From positions 5,513 through 69,512 of IMG/VR virus record IMGVR_UViG_3300028388_003891: DNA of 64,000 bases, one strand, 5' to 3'. The notes under the pieces are model-generated. The model worked only from the letters and a program-made list of their open reading frames with translations. It searched no databases and was not told the origin of the DNA. This stretch comes from a virus. Its lineage: Duplodnaviria; Heunggongvirae; Uroviricota; Caudoviricetes. The stretch's first letter is position 1, and every line of letters begins with the position of its first letter. Positions 20,903 through 30,289 of the stretch are shown piece after piece. The position numbers were made by a program, and so were the translations under genes.

Positions 20903-21060
20903 GCGGGTATCTAACCCCCCCATCGGCGGCTGCCTTTATGTATAAAGGATAGTCGCCAAAAACACCTTTTTTTAATTTTTTTTTGTCGTTGTGGAGTTAC
21001 CTAATAACAGGTGACCTTTGTCTGTATTCAACAGATAGTGTTCCAATTCTGGAGATTATT

Positions 21061-21693
21061 ATGAGTGAAAGTTTAACGAAACGTGAACAAGCACGCAAAA
21101 AGCCACACTATGTCAGCAATAGTGAATTCACTGACGCGGTCGTCGAGTATGTTAAACAATGCCAATCAGCTGAAAAGCGAGGACATTCTCTACCAACTGT
21201 TCCCACATACATTGCTGAGTGCTTCATAAAAATATCACAGGGGGTGTCACACCGACCGAATTTTGTTCGGTATACCTATCGTGACGATATGGTAATGGAT
21301 GGCGTAGAAAACTGCTTACGTGCGATTCGCAATTACGATATCAATGCTGCAACTCGTTCAGGGCGGCCCAATGCATTTGCGTATTTCACACAAATAGTGT
21401 GGTTTGCGTTTTTACGACGTATCAACAAAGAGAAGCATCAACATAATATCAAGGTCAAATATTTGACGCACGGCGTTTTAGATCAGTATCTCGTCGATGC
21501 TGGTGACGATGTTTACGCGTCTGAAACGATACGTGCATTTGTCGAAGAGTTACGCAGCAAAGTGTCTGTTGCAGAAGATGATCGAACCAAGTATTATGAC
21601 ATGCTAACCGACAGCGACATTGCAGTAACTGCAAGTGTTGCCAGCTCTAAAATTGAAATAGAAGACCCTGATGAAAGCAGCCATTCTAACTGA
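21061..21693 (+). CDS. Late-transcription sigma factor gp55
   Basis: 'KKPHYVSNSEFTDAVVEY' and 'RPNAFAYFTQIVWFAFLRRINKEK' parallel T4 gp55 'KPKYNYVNNKELLQAIIDW' and '[21 protein letters not shown]'. Internal Met start with a RBS. Followed by the 47/46 genes, as in T4. Confidence 0.75.
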   Translation: MSESLTKREQARKKPHYVSNSEFTDAVVEYVKQCQSAEKRGHSLPTVPTYIAECFIKISQGVSHRPNFVRYTYRDDMVMDGVENCLRAIRNYDINAATRSGRPNAFAYFTQIVWFAFLRRINKEKHQHNIKVKYLTHGVLDQYLVDAGDDVYASETIRAFVEELRSKVSVAEDDRTKYYDMLTDSDIAVTASVASSKIEIEDPDESSHSN

Positions 21694-22729
21694 CACGCAC
21701 GTTGGAATACGCAACAACTCCGACATCTTCATCGACTACCAAAGACGGTTCTACGAAGAAGTGTTCTTTCCTTATTGCGTTGAAAACGACATCAATGAAA
21801 TTATTCACCTCGGCGATTACTACGACAATAGGAAAAGCGTAAACTTAAAGGCACTGAACGCTAACCGACTTTGTTTCCTTGAGAAACTGCGTGAATATGG
21901 GATGCACATGACTATTATCCCTGGTAATCACGATGTATATTGGCGAAACACCAACGAACTATGTTCTCTTAATGAGCTAATGGGACACTACCTTAGTGAA
22001 GTAACAATTGTTGATACAGCTCAAGATTATCAGCTGGGCGATATGACGATTGGACTGATACCATGGATCACTGAGAGTAACTGGGAACACACCAAGCACT
22101 ACATCGAAAAGACTTCATGCACGATAGTAGGCGCACATCTTGAACTCGCTGGGTTTGAAATGCAGCGTGGCGTTGAGTGTCATGGTGGAATGGAAGCAGA
22201 CCTTTTCTCCAAGTTTGATTTGGTGCTAACAGGCCATTTCCACACCTGTTCTCATAAAGCAAACATTCGTTATCTTGGCTCGTCCATGGAATTTTTTTGG
22301 AGTGATGCACACGACGACAAATTCTTTCACGTACTGGATACGACGACCCAACAAATAGAAGCTATTCGCAATCCGCTGACGCTCTTTGCTCGTATTGGCT
22401 ACGATGACACCAAGTATGATTATGATAAAGCCGACCTAACAGGTTTCGATGATATCTTTGTCAAGATCACCGTGCGCCGTAAAACTGATATGGAAATGTT
22501 CAATCGGTTGATTGATCGACTACAACAGCGTAATTTACACGACCTAAAAATCATCGAAGATCAGACAGCAATCGCTGCAAATTCTATTGACCAGCAAATT
22601 GACGTCAAAGACACAGACGAGATCATCCAAATGTATATTAACAGCATGGATACCGACCTCGATCGCAATCGCCTTACACGCATGCTGTATGACCTTAAAC
22701 AAGAAGCGTACCAATTGCAGGTCGTATGA
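21671..22729 (+). CDS. gp47-like recombination nuclease (Mre11/SbcD family)
   Basis: Phosphoesterase motifs 'LTDTHVG', 'HLGDYYD' and 'GNHDVYW'. Adjacent to the Rad50-like gene. Confidence 0.8.
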   Translation: MKAAILTDTHVGIRNNSDIFIDYQRRFYEEVFFPYCVENDINEIIHLGDYYDNRKSVNLKALNANRLCFLEKLREYGMHMTIIPGNHDVYWRNTNELCSLNELMGHYLSEVTIVDTAQDYQLGDMTIGLIPWITESNWEHTKHYIEKTSCTIVGAHLELAGFEMQRGVECHGGMEADLFSKFDLVLTGHFHTCSHKANIRYLGSSMEFFWSDAHDDKFFHVLDTTTQQIEAIRNPLTLFARIGYDDTKYDYDKADLTGFDDIFVKITVRRKTDMEMFNRLIDRLQQRNLHDLKIIEDQTAIAANSIDQQIDVKDTDEIIQMYINSMDTDLDRNRLTRMLYDLKQEAYQLQVV

Positions 22730-24473
22730 GGATAACGTCATAATCACCTTCGAGAAAATACGATACAAAAATCTTTTGTCTGCTGGCAATCAGTGGATAG
22801 AGGTTGATCTGTCCGCACGCGCAACCACCTTGATCATAGGTGAGAATGGCGCTGGCAAGTCGACGATGCTCGACGCGCTGTCGTTTGCCTTATTCGGTAA
22901 GCCTCATCGCAACATCAATAAGCCAATGCTGATCAACAGTATCAATCAGCGCGAGTGCGAAGCGGAAGTCGAATTTACTGTCCACAATTCGAAGTACAAA
23001 ATTGTACGTGGTATGAAACCGACCAGATTTGAAATCTGGCGTGATGGCGAAAGAGTCAACCAAGACAGCAATAGCGCAGACGATCAGAAAATGGTCGAGT
23101 CGACAATTCTCGGTATGAATCACAAGACGTTTCATCAAGTTGTGGTGCTTGGATCGTCGACGTTTACTCCTTTTCTCCAATTATCTACTGCCCAACGACG
23201 TGTAGTAATTGAACAGCTGCTCGACATTTCAATTTTTGGTTCAATGAATCAAGTGGTCAAGCACCATATAAGCGATCTTAAAAGACAATATCAGGAGCAA
23301 ACTGTACACAATAATGCACTGCGTGACGCGATAAAAAGCGAGCAGCGTCATCGCGAGAATCTTGCATCTATCGTGGCACAAAACGAAGATGCCATTCAAC
23401 AACAAGTCGATCACCACAACGATGAAATTGCTAAACTGCGCGCAGCAAATCAAGCAATCAACGAACAATATGGTGGTGATTTGCAAGAAAGTGTTCTAAT
23501 AGCACTCGATGAACGGATCAAGCACTGTGATAAAATTAGCAGCTTGGTGCTCAAGCTACAATCGCAACGTAGCACGTTGGCCAAAGAGCGCACAGTGTTT
23601 GAGCGTGAGGGGCCATGCCCGACCTGCCATCAAGTGATGGATCATGAGACACGCGAAGCCAAACTTGGCGAAATAAGCAACCGCATTCCTGAGATTGAAA
23701 CGGCTCTGGAACAGTTGGTATCTAAACAACGAAAAGCACAGCAAGACGTTGGCGATCTTAGAACGCAGCTTGATCAGATCACTGCGCACCTCAAAGAGAT
23801 CGATGTCAATAATCTACAGATTGACAGCCATCAGCAATCGATCTCTAAGTTGCAGACTAACAAAGGTGGTTCTCATGACCAAGAGCTAAAAACGATTGAC
23901 GCCACAATTGCACGTAAAAGTGGCGAGCTAGTAAAGTGTATGGAGCAAGTAAACGACACGTTTACAACAATGCAGTATTACGACGTAATACAAGAGCTAC
24001 TTAAAGACACAGGAATCAAGGCGAAAGTAATCGATCAGTACTTGCCCGTAATCAATCAGCAGGTCAACAAATACCTGCAAGCTCTTGATTTGTTTGTTGA
24101 TTTTGAACTCGATAATGTTTTTACCGACACTATTCGTGCTCGCCACCGTGATGAAATGTCTTACCCTTCATTCAGCGAAGGTGAAAAAACGCGAATCGAT
24201 GTCGCGCTTCTTTTTGCGTGGCGCGAGGTGGCTAGACTAAAAAATAGTATAAGTACCAACCTACTGATCCTCGATGAAACATTCGACGCCTCACTCGACG
24301 GTGCAGGTGTTGATAACCTATTAGACGTTCTTTATGATACACGTCAATCAACGAACGTGTTCGTAATATCTCATAAGGCACGTCTTCAGGACAGGTTCGA
24401 TGCCACGATGCAGTTTACAAAACCATCGCTTTTTTCTTCATACACTATACTAGAGAATAATGAGTCAAACTAA
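22587..24473 (+). CDS. gp46-like recombination ATPase (Rad50/SbcC family); true start probably near 22730-22745
   Basis: Walker A 'GENGAGKST', Q-loop, CxxC zinc-hook 'CPTCHQ', Walker B/D-loop 'LLILDETFDASLD' and coiled coils. The first roughly 50 aa of the ORF overlap gp47 in another frame, and no in-frame ATG/GTG/TTG lies near the homology start. Confidence 0.8.
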   Translation: MTSKLTSKTQTRSSKCILTAWIPTSIAIALHACCMTLNKKRTNCRSYEDNVIITFEKIRYKNLLSAGNQWIEVDLSARATTLIIGENGAGKSTMLDALSFALFGKPHRNINKPMLINSINQRECEAEVEFTVHNSKYKIVRGMKPTRFEIWRDGERVNQDSNSADDQKMVESTILGMNHKTFHQVVVLGSSTFTPFLQLSTAQRRVVIEQLLDISIFGSMNQVVKHHISDLKRQYQEQTVHNNALRDAIKSEQRHRENLASIVAQNEDAIQQQVDHHNDEIAKLRAANQAINEQYGGDLQESVLIALDERIKHCDKISSLVLKLQSQRSTLAKERTVFEREGPCPTCHQVMDHETREAKLGEISNRIPEIETALEQLVSKQRKAQQDVGDLRTQLDQITAHLKEIDVNNLQIDSHQQSISKLQTNKGGSHDQELKTIDATIARKSGELVKCMEQVNDTFTTMQYYDVIQELLKDTGIKAKVIDQYLPVINQQVNKYLQALDLFVDFELDNVFTDTIRARHRDEMSYPSFSEGEKTRIDVALLFAWREVARLKNSISTNLLILDETFDASLDGAGVDNLLDVLYDTRQSTNVFVISHKARLQDRFDATMQFTKPSLFSSYTILENNESN

Positions 24474-25353
24474 AGAGAAAACGATCAGGTACACAGAGAT
24501 CTTTTACTCCCCTCAAGGCGAGGGGGAGCATACGGGCAAGATGACAGCATGGGTAAGGCTATTCAGTTGCAACCTTGAGTGCCGAGGGTTTGGACAACCG
24601 GACCCAGCAGATCCTAAAACGTATCACCCCGTCGGCAATGAACTCGATTTGTCAGATATCACTTCTCTTGAGCAACTGCAAGTTTTCCCTGTTGGGTGCG
24701 ACAGCGCCTACAGTGTTGCTAAACGATTTCGTCATCTAGCACATCAAGCCACAGCCAGCGAGATTGCTCAACAGCTAGTTGATCTGATACCTAATAACAG
24801 TTGGACAAATCAGCCTACTGGTAATGATATTCACTTAGCGTTCACAGGCGGAGAGCCTATGATGCAGCAGCGTGCCATCGCCGACATCATTGACGCTTTA
24901 ATCAGTCTCGGCCAGTGCCCTCTTAACGTCACAATCGAGACTAACGGAACCATGCCTACCACTGATCAGATTCGGCATGCGGTGCGAGCGATAGAGTCGC
25001 GTGGTGGTTCATGGTTCTGGTCTTTATCTCCTAAGCTACACAACACAGCTGGCGAGCCTACTGAAAAGGCGATCAAGCCTGATGTGGTGCATGAGTATCA
25101 AAAGCTGTCAGATAAAGGTCAGCTCAAGTTTGTCGTTAACGGGTCTAAAGCATCGTGGGATGAGCTTGATTCTACCTTAATTAAGTTTAGACAAAATGAC
25201 GTATTGTTTTCCGCGTGGGTGATGGGTGTCGGTGGTACTATCGAAAATCTCAGGCTGACCGAAGCTGACATTGCCGTGGAAGCAATTAAACGGGGTTATC
25301 ATTACTCGTCGAGAGTACACGCACATCTCTTTGGAAATGAATTAGGGACATAA
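24460..25353 (+). CDS. QueE-like radical-SAM 7-carboxy-7-deazaguanine synthase
   Basis: N-terminus 'EIFYSPQGEGEHTGKMTAWVRLFSCNLEC' matches the QueE 'F.S.QGEG..G.P..FiRl.GCnl.C' signature. Confidence 0.55.
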   Translation: MSQTKEKTIRYTEIFYSPQGEGEHTGKMTAWVRLFSCNLECRGFGQPDPADPKTYHPVGNELDLSDITSLEQLQVFPVGCDSAYSVAKRFRHLAHQATASEIAQQLVDLIPNNSWTNQPTGNDIHLAFTGGEPMMQQRAIADIIDALISLGQCPLNVTIETNGTMPTTDQIRHAVRAIESRGGSWFWSLSPKLHNTAGEPTEKAIKPDVVHEYQKLSDKGQLKFVVNGSKASWDELDSTLIKFRQNDVLFSAWVMGVGGTIENLRLTEADIAVEAIKRGYHYSSRVHAHLFGNELGT

Positions 25354-25354
25354 T

Positions 25355-25660
25355 ATGAATTTTTACAAACCCTTCACGGGACAAATTGTAGTATTGATGA
25401 CACCGATTGGCGAAATCGTTGGGCGATTTAAGACGGGGTCTGAGAACTGGGTCGAGCTAAAGGATCCGCGACTGTTCTTTGCATCAGGAGAGGGTCAAGG
25501 TGGTTTTACACCAGGGGTTTCACAAATCGGTGTTAGTGAACCAGATTCCTCACCTTTTTCTACTAGCCAGATCATCACCATCCAGATTGCACGAGATGAG
25601 GTTGCGCAAGCGTGGCAACAAGTAACAACTGGTTTGGTGGTACCGCAAGGAGCGTTGTAA
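25355..25660 (+). CDS. Hypothetical protein
   Basis: 101 aa, inside the deazaguanine cluster. No recognisable family. Confidence 0.3.
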   Translation: MNFYKPFTGQIVVLMTPIGEIVGRFKTGSENWVELKDPRLFFASGEGQGGFTPGVSQIGVSEPDSSPFSTSQIITIQIARDEVAQAWQQVTTGLVVPQGAL

Positions 25661-26154
25661 TGCAACCTGTATCATACAAATTCGTGAGCACTAAAGAATA
25701 TATCGATGCCTTTCCTTGTGCCTATAGACAACACCGTGCCGACTCTCACTGTAATCTGATACACGGATATAGCTTTTCAATGAAGTTCTGGTTTGGCAGT
25801 GATGACCTTGATGTGCGCAATTGGGTAGCAGATTATGGCGGCCTTAAAGAGCTGAAAACCGTTTTACAGGAACAGTTCGATCACACTCTCCTCGTTGCGG
25901 AGGACGATCCTAAGATCCAAGTGTTCAAATTGCTCGAGCAACGCAATCTTGCACGGTTAACAATTCTACCTCGCCTTGGATGTGAAGGGCTAGCAGACAT
26001 GCTGTATAAATATGTGAACGGCGTCTACATCCCTGATTACTGGGGTCCTTCCGAAGCAGAGCGACTGTGGTGTTTTCGTGTTGAGGTACGGGAAACGCAA
26101 AGCAACATGGCCTACCGTGAAGGGCATCGCGAATGGAATGAAGAGCTGTTCTAA
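25612..26154 (+). CDS. QueD-like 6-carboxytetrahydropterin synthase (T-fold)
   Basis: 'HCNLIHGYSF' parallels the QueD zinc motif 'CGRLHGHSF' (HGH is HGY here), with a histidine cluster upstream. Confidence 0.55.
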   Translation: MATSNNWFGGTARSVVMQPVSYKFVSTKEYIDAFPCAYRQHRADSHCNLIHGYSFSMKFWFGSDDLDVRNWVADYGGLKELKTVLQEQFDHTLLVAEDDPKIQVFKLLEQRNLARLTILPRLGCEGLADMLYKYVNGVYIPDYWGPSEAERLWCFRVEVRETQSNMAYREGHREWNEELF

Positions 26155-26265
26155 ACAACGAGTTTTCTATCTGTTGTTCCACGCAATGTGGGTTTTAGAT
26201 AGCCAAGGTACAGTCCGCCCTTGCTTCTTTCTACGGACGTTAAGCTAAACCCGAAAGGAGATTAC

Positions 26266-26934
26266 ATGTCTAAATCAAATCCCGACCTCGGTCGGCAAGT
26301 AAACGAGCACCTCGTGCAACTTGGAATTCATACCCCCGTTACCGATATGGTGATGGAAGATCGTGAAACCAAAATTGCAAAGGTCGCAGAACTCACTAGA
26401 GAAATGTTGGAGGTACTTGGTCTCGATCTCTCAGACGACAGCTTGGAAGAAACTCCAATGCGCGTTGCGAAGATGTACGTCGATGAGACTTTTGCCGGTC
26501 TTCGTTATGATACTTTTCCTAAATGCACCACAGTAGAAAACAAGTTCTGCCACGGTGATGAATTTGTCCTCGAGAAGAACATAACGCTATACAGCGACTG
26601 CGAACATCACCTTCGTCCTATTATTGGCAAAGCGCACATTGCGTACATACCAAAGGATAAAGTGATGGGGCTGTCAAAGTTGAATCGCATCACACAATAC
26701 TTCGCCAGGCGCCCGCAAGTGCAAGAGCGTCTTAATCAGCAAATTGCTCACTCAATCGCATTCATCACTGAAAGTGAAGATGTGATGGTAGTGATCGAAG
26801 CTGAACACACCTGTGTGTCCCAACGCGGTATTAAAGACACTTCAAGCTCAACTGTCACGGCTTGTTGCCTTGGTCAGTTTGGCATTCACAACAGCGAGCT
26901 GCGTAAAGAGGTTATGGCCAATATCAATAGGTAA
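26266..26934 (+). CDS. folE: GTP cyclohydrolase I (FolE)
   Basis: Conserved 'CEHHLRPI', 'GLSKLNRI' and 'QVQERLN' blocks. RBS AAAGGAG before ATG 26266. The ORF-track start at 26221 is an extension. Confidence 0.8.
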   Translation: MSKSNPDLGRQVNEHLVQLGIHTPVTDMVMEDRETKIAKVAELTREMLEVLGLDLSDDSLEETPMRVAKMYVDETFAGLRYDTFPKCTTVENKFCHGDEFVLEKNITLYSDCEHHLRPIIGKAHIAYIPKDKVMGLSKLNRITQYFARRPQVQERLNQQIAHSIAFITESEDVMVVIEAEHTCVSQRGIKDTSSSTVTACCLGQFGIHNSELRKEVMANINR

Positions 26935-27350
26935 TGAATCAGCCATACAAGTTTTATATCGCCAAGGCAACAAATAACAAACACCCAATACCAGAAAACA
27001 AGCAGTTCTTGAAATTTGGCATTACGCACCATATGGATGCCGCCAAACGGTTTGACCCAACACAGGATGATGGGTACGACAAGAAGTATGAGGACTGGGA
27101 CTTTCGAATTATGTTCTCTTTGGTTTGCAAAACGCGAGAGCAGGCAGAACTGATCGAGTCGTATTGGCTCGGCGAAGTGTTTCCAGCTGACGGGCCCACT
27201 AAAGTGTGGGTTGAAAGTTATCTGGGGCTTGAAGATGATCAGTACTATTCGGATATGTCTGGTATAACGGAACTGCGCCTACTCAGCCAGAAACAGGCTG
27301 GGTGGGCGATTCGTAAGGCATATGAGCTGTACAAACCAAATCAAGGTTAA
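26934..27350 (+). CDS. Hypothetical protein (weak GIY-YIG-like N-terminus)
   Basis: 'KFYIA...KFGIT' spacing is reminiscent of GIY-YIG, but other catalytic residues are not clear. Confidence 0.25.
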   Translation: MNQPYKFYIAKATNNKHPIPENKQFLKFGITHHMDAAKRFDPTQDDGYDKKYEDWDFRIMFSLVCKTREQAELIESYWLGEVFPADGPTKVWVESYLGLEDDQYYSDMSGITELRLLSQKQAGWAIRKAYELYKPNQG

Positions 27351-27356
27351 TACATT

Positions 27357-27770
27357 ATGAATCAGCAAATGGGTACTGTTACATCGTACATTACTGTACG
27401 AACCGACTTTGAGGGGTATCACCGCTACAAGGGAGCAAGTGAAATCGACCCTCGACTAGAGTTTCTCGAGCATCGTCATCGACACAAGTTTTATGTCACA
27501 GTGACAATTTCCGTCACCCACGACGATCGCGAGCTTGAGTTTTTCTTGGTTAAGTGGGACCTGCGGGATTTCATCGACAGTCGCTTGATTAAGGGTCGCC
27601 AAAATGACACGATGATTGAGTCATGTGAAATGATTGCTAGATGCATCCTTGACGAGCATTTAATTCCAGCATACGGAACTGACAGAAGTTACTTCATCGT
27701 CGTGTCGGAAGATGGTGAAAACGATGGCGCCATCCACTACATTCCCCCTGCCACGGAGGTCCAACCATGA
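27357..27770 (+). CDS. Second T-fold (PTPS/QueD-like) protein
   Basis: His-rich 'FEGYHRYKG...LEHRHRHKFYVTV' resembles PTPS/QueD zinc-site blocks. No QueF signature. Confidence 0.35.
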   Translation: MNQQMGTVTSYITVRTDFEGYHRYKGASEIDPRLEFLEHRHRHKFYVTVTISVTHDDRELEFFLVKWDLRDFIDSRLIKGRQNDTMIESCEMIARCILDEHLIPAYGTDRSYFIVVSEDGENDGAIHYIPPATEVQP

Positions 27771-28618
27771 GCCTCAGAAAGATTGATTTCTGTTACATTA
27801 TGCCAACGGCCCTACTGCCTAAATTCGGAAATCTTAGCAAGTCGCATCTTGTGTTAGCCCATCTTGTTGAGCAGGATGATACATACACCGAGTATTTCGC
27901 ACAGAGCGAAAAGTTCAAGATAATGGATAACAGCGCGTTTGAGATGTTTAAACAAGGGCGCGAGATGTATCCCTCTGACAAGCTGATCGAGATGGCGACT
28001 AGGTGCAAAGCTGATATGATCGTTATGTCAGACTATCCTAATGAACCTGCTAAAAAGACGATCGATGCTGCGAAGCGCCTTGCGTTCGAGTACAAAGAAG
28101 CTGGGTTTGAAACCTTCTTTGTGCCACAGAGCGTAGCTGGCGACAAGGATGGATACCTCAATTCAATTAGGTGGGGCCTTGAGTACTCTGACTTGATTGA
28201 TCGTATTGGACTGTCTATCCTCGGCGCTCCCAACGCGTATGGCGTGCTTCGCAACCCATTGCAGCGTACACTAGCTCGGTGGCGCGTACTTCACGAGCTA
28301 GATGTAGCAGGGGATCTAGTGTCACGCAACAAGCAGTTTCATTGTCTTGGTATGCTCGATGGACCCAACGAAATTTTGTTGCTCAAAGATTATGTCGCTA
28401 AGATTGCTTCGTGGGACACCTCGGCGCCTGTGTGGGCTGGATTGCATGGCATTACGTTTGATGAAACGCCGACTGGCTTAAAAGAAGGCAAGTTCGAGCG
28501 CGAGGTCGATTTTGACTACGGTAAGAATAGCCCAATCACCGACACCCAGCGACAATGTATCATGACCAACTGCAAGATGATACAAAACAACCTAAAGCAT
28601 GTGGAATACACACCATGA
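27767..28618 (+). CDS. Possible DpdA/TGT-like transglycosylase (tentative) in the 7-deazaguanine cluster
   Basis: 283 aa. Call rests on genomic context (FolE-QueD-QueE neighbours). No diagnostic motifs confirmed. Confidence 0.3.
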   Translation: MSLRKIDFCYIMPTALLPKFGNLSKSHLVLAHLVEQDDTYTEYFAQSEKFKIMDNSAFEMFKQGREMYPSDKLIEMATRCKADMIVMSDYPNEPAKKTIDAAKRLAFEYKEAGFETFFVPQSVAGDKDGYLNSIRWGLEYSDLIDRIGLSILGAPNAYGVLRNPLQRTLARWRVLHELDVAGDLVSRNKQFHCLGMLDGPNEILLLKDYVAKIASWDTSAPVWAGLHGITFDETPTGLKEGKFEREVDFDYGKNSPITDTQRQCIMTNCKMIQNNLKHVEYTP

Positions 28619-28947
28619 CCGACCAAAAAGAATTACGAGTTAAACGTGGAGAGTTAAAGATCATTGACGAGCTTCGTGATTATGTAATCGCGACGTACAA
28701 CCAGCACTATCGTACAGAAAATGAAGATGGTGATGAGATCCAAGTACTGGATATTTGGGAAGCACTCGATATGGATATTGCGGCGATGCATTCTAACATC
28801 GTCAAGTATGCCTTTCGTTACGGTCGCAAAAACGGGTACAATCGAAAAGATCTTTTCAAAATACTCCATTACACCGTGCTGTTGATCCACTACAGCGAAC
28901 AACGTGGGTTATTCACTGTAGTGGATCCACAGCTGGAGAGTGTGTAA
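28617..28947 (+). CDS. Hypothetical protein
   Basis: 110 aa. Start at the ATGA overlap with the upstream stop. Confidence 0.3.
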
Positions 28948-29468
28948 TGAGTCTGCGTAATATAGCCCTTTCCACCAATCCAGCAGAGTTGTCTCATACT
29001 GAAGAGGATGATGTTCAGCCAAATGCTGTCGACATACGTCTCGATAAAGTGTGGCAAATTTCCAACGAGACGTTTACCCTCAGTGATAGTCACAAGGGGC
29101 ATCGTGGGTCCGAAGAGCTGTCGTTTACCCGTCATTTCCCCGACCATGAAGGCGAATGGATCGATCTATATCCAGGCAGCTATGAGTTTACCGCTAGAGG
29201 TACTGTGCTAGTTCCGCCTGGGTTCGCTGGGTGGGTAGTTACTCGAAGCACACTGAACCGTAATGGTGTCTTCATAACATCCGGCCTGTACGATAGCGGC
29301 TATCATGGAGTAATGGCCGGCGTAATACATGTATCTTGCGGTCCCTTTCTGGTTCAGCGAGGAACACGCATTGGTCAGTTTATACTTGTCGACGCTGAAA
29401 CATCTCATCAGTACGATGGCGATTACGGTTTGGGTAAAAAGCACGATGATAAGTACACGACTGCGTAG
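28947..29468 (+). CDS. dCTP deaminase / dUTPase-fold protein
   Basis: 'QPNAVDIRLD', 'VPPGFAGWVVTRSTLNRNGV', 'SGLYDSGYHG' and 'RIGQFIL' blocks characteristic of the Dcd/Dut beta-barrel. Its TAG stop (29466-29468) lies inside the following tRNA. Confidence 0.6.
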   Translation: MSLRNIALSTNPAELSHTEEDDVQPNAVDIRLDKVWQISNETFTLSDSHKGHRGSEELSFTRHFPDHEGEWIDLYPGSYEFTARGTVLVPPGFAGWVVTRSTLNRNGVFITSGLYDSGYHGVMAGVIHVSCGPFLVQRGTRIGQFILVDAETSHQYDGDYGLGKKHDDKYTTA

Positions 29469-29535
29469 CACAATCTGGTAGTGCGCTGAACTCTAAATTC
29501 ATGAGATAACGGTTCAAATCCGTTCGCAGTCACCA
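29459..29535 (+). tRNA. tRNA with anticodon CUA (amber-suppressor-like), CCA encoded
   Basis: Acceptor GACUGCG/CGCAGUC, D arm GCAC-AAUCUGGUA-GUGC, anticodon arm CUGAA-CUCUAAA-UUCAU (C27.U43 mismatch), T arm AACGG-UUCAAAU-CCGUU, A73-CCA. Confidence 0.5.
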
Positions 29536-29576
29536 TATATACACCGCAATGACTAATGACTTTAAGGGAAACAAAC

Positions 29577-30173
29577 ATGATTGATTTAGTATGTGTTCTG
29601 GACCGTTCAGGTTCAATGTATGCTGACGCTGCAAAGGTGATCAGCTCGTTCAATGAGTTTATCGCGATGCAGCGCGGACGGATGCTAACACGCCCCGACC
29701 TTATGCGTGTTACGCTAGTGCTGTTCGATAATCAATACGAGGTGGTGTACAAAAGCATTCCCATTGATGCTGTCCCCGAACTGACATCAGCTGTGTACAA
29801 CACACGAGGTATGACCGCACTCAATGATGCCGTTGGCAAGACGATTAACGAGCTACGTGACAACGAGAACGTCTTTATGTACATCGAGACCGACGGCCAC
29901 GAAAATAGTTCCAAAGAGTTTAATGGCGACCAAATCAAAACCATGATTAGGGATGCGGAACGCCGTGGATGGGAGTTTATGTTCACCGGTGCCGATTTAA
30001 CCAAACAACAAACACTCGACATGGCCAGCTCGTACGGGATCAAATCGTCGAACACCATCTCGATCAATAAAACGTCGGATGGGTACGCCACTCGCAACGC
30101 CCTGTTCTCTACTGCTGTATCTTCGTATGTGGACGATGTTACTAGCAAGTCGAGTTCTACAGAGACAATCTAA
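29577..30173 (+). CDS. vWA-domain protein
   Basis: N-terminal MIDAS 'CVLDRSGSM' (DxSxS). Rossmann-like alternating pattern. Confidence 0.6.
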   Translation: MIDLVCVLDRSGSMYADAAKVISSFNEFIAMQRGRMLTRPDLMRVTLVLFDNQYEVVYKSIPIDAVPELTSAVYNTRGMTALNDAVGKTINELRDNENVFMYIETDGHENSSKEFNGDQIKTMIRDAERRGWEFMFTGADLTKQQTLDMASSYGIKSSNTISINKTSDGYATRNALFSTAVSSYVDDVTSKSSSTETI

Positions 30174-30289
30174 AGTCGGAGACAAAAATGTCCACTGAAG
30201 GCATGTAGGTATTCAAACCTCCATAACAGTAACTCTTTTACGGCACACTAACATAACAATGTTTACTGTTTCAAAAGAGAGTTACTATT

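Noticed and set aside
20983-21060. N-terminal extension of the gp55 ORF (MSLWSYLITGDLCLYSTD...)
   Set aside because: Homology to T4 gp55 starts at the internal Met (21061), which has its own RBS. The upstream part is hydrophobic filler.
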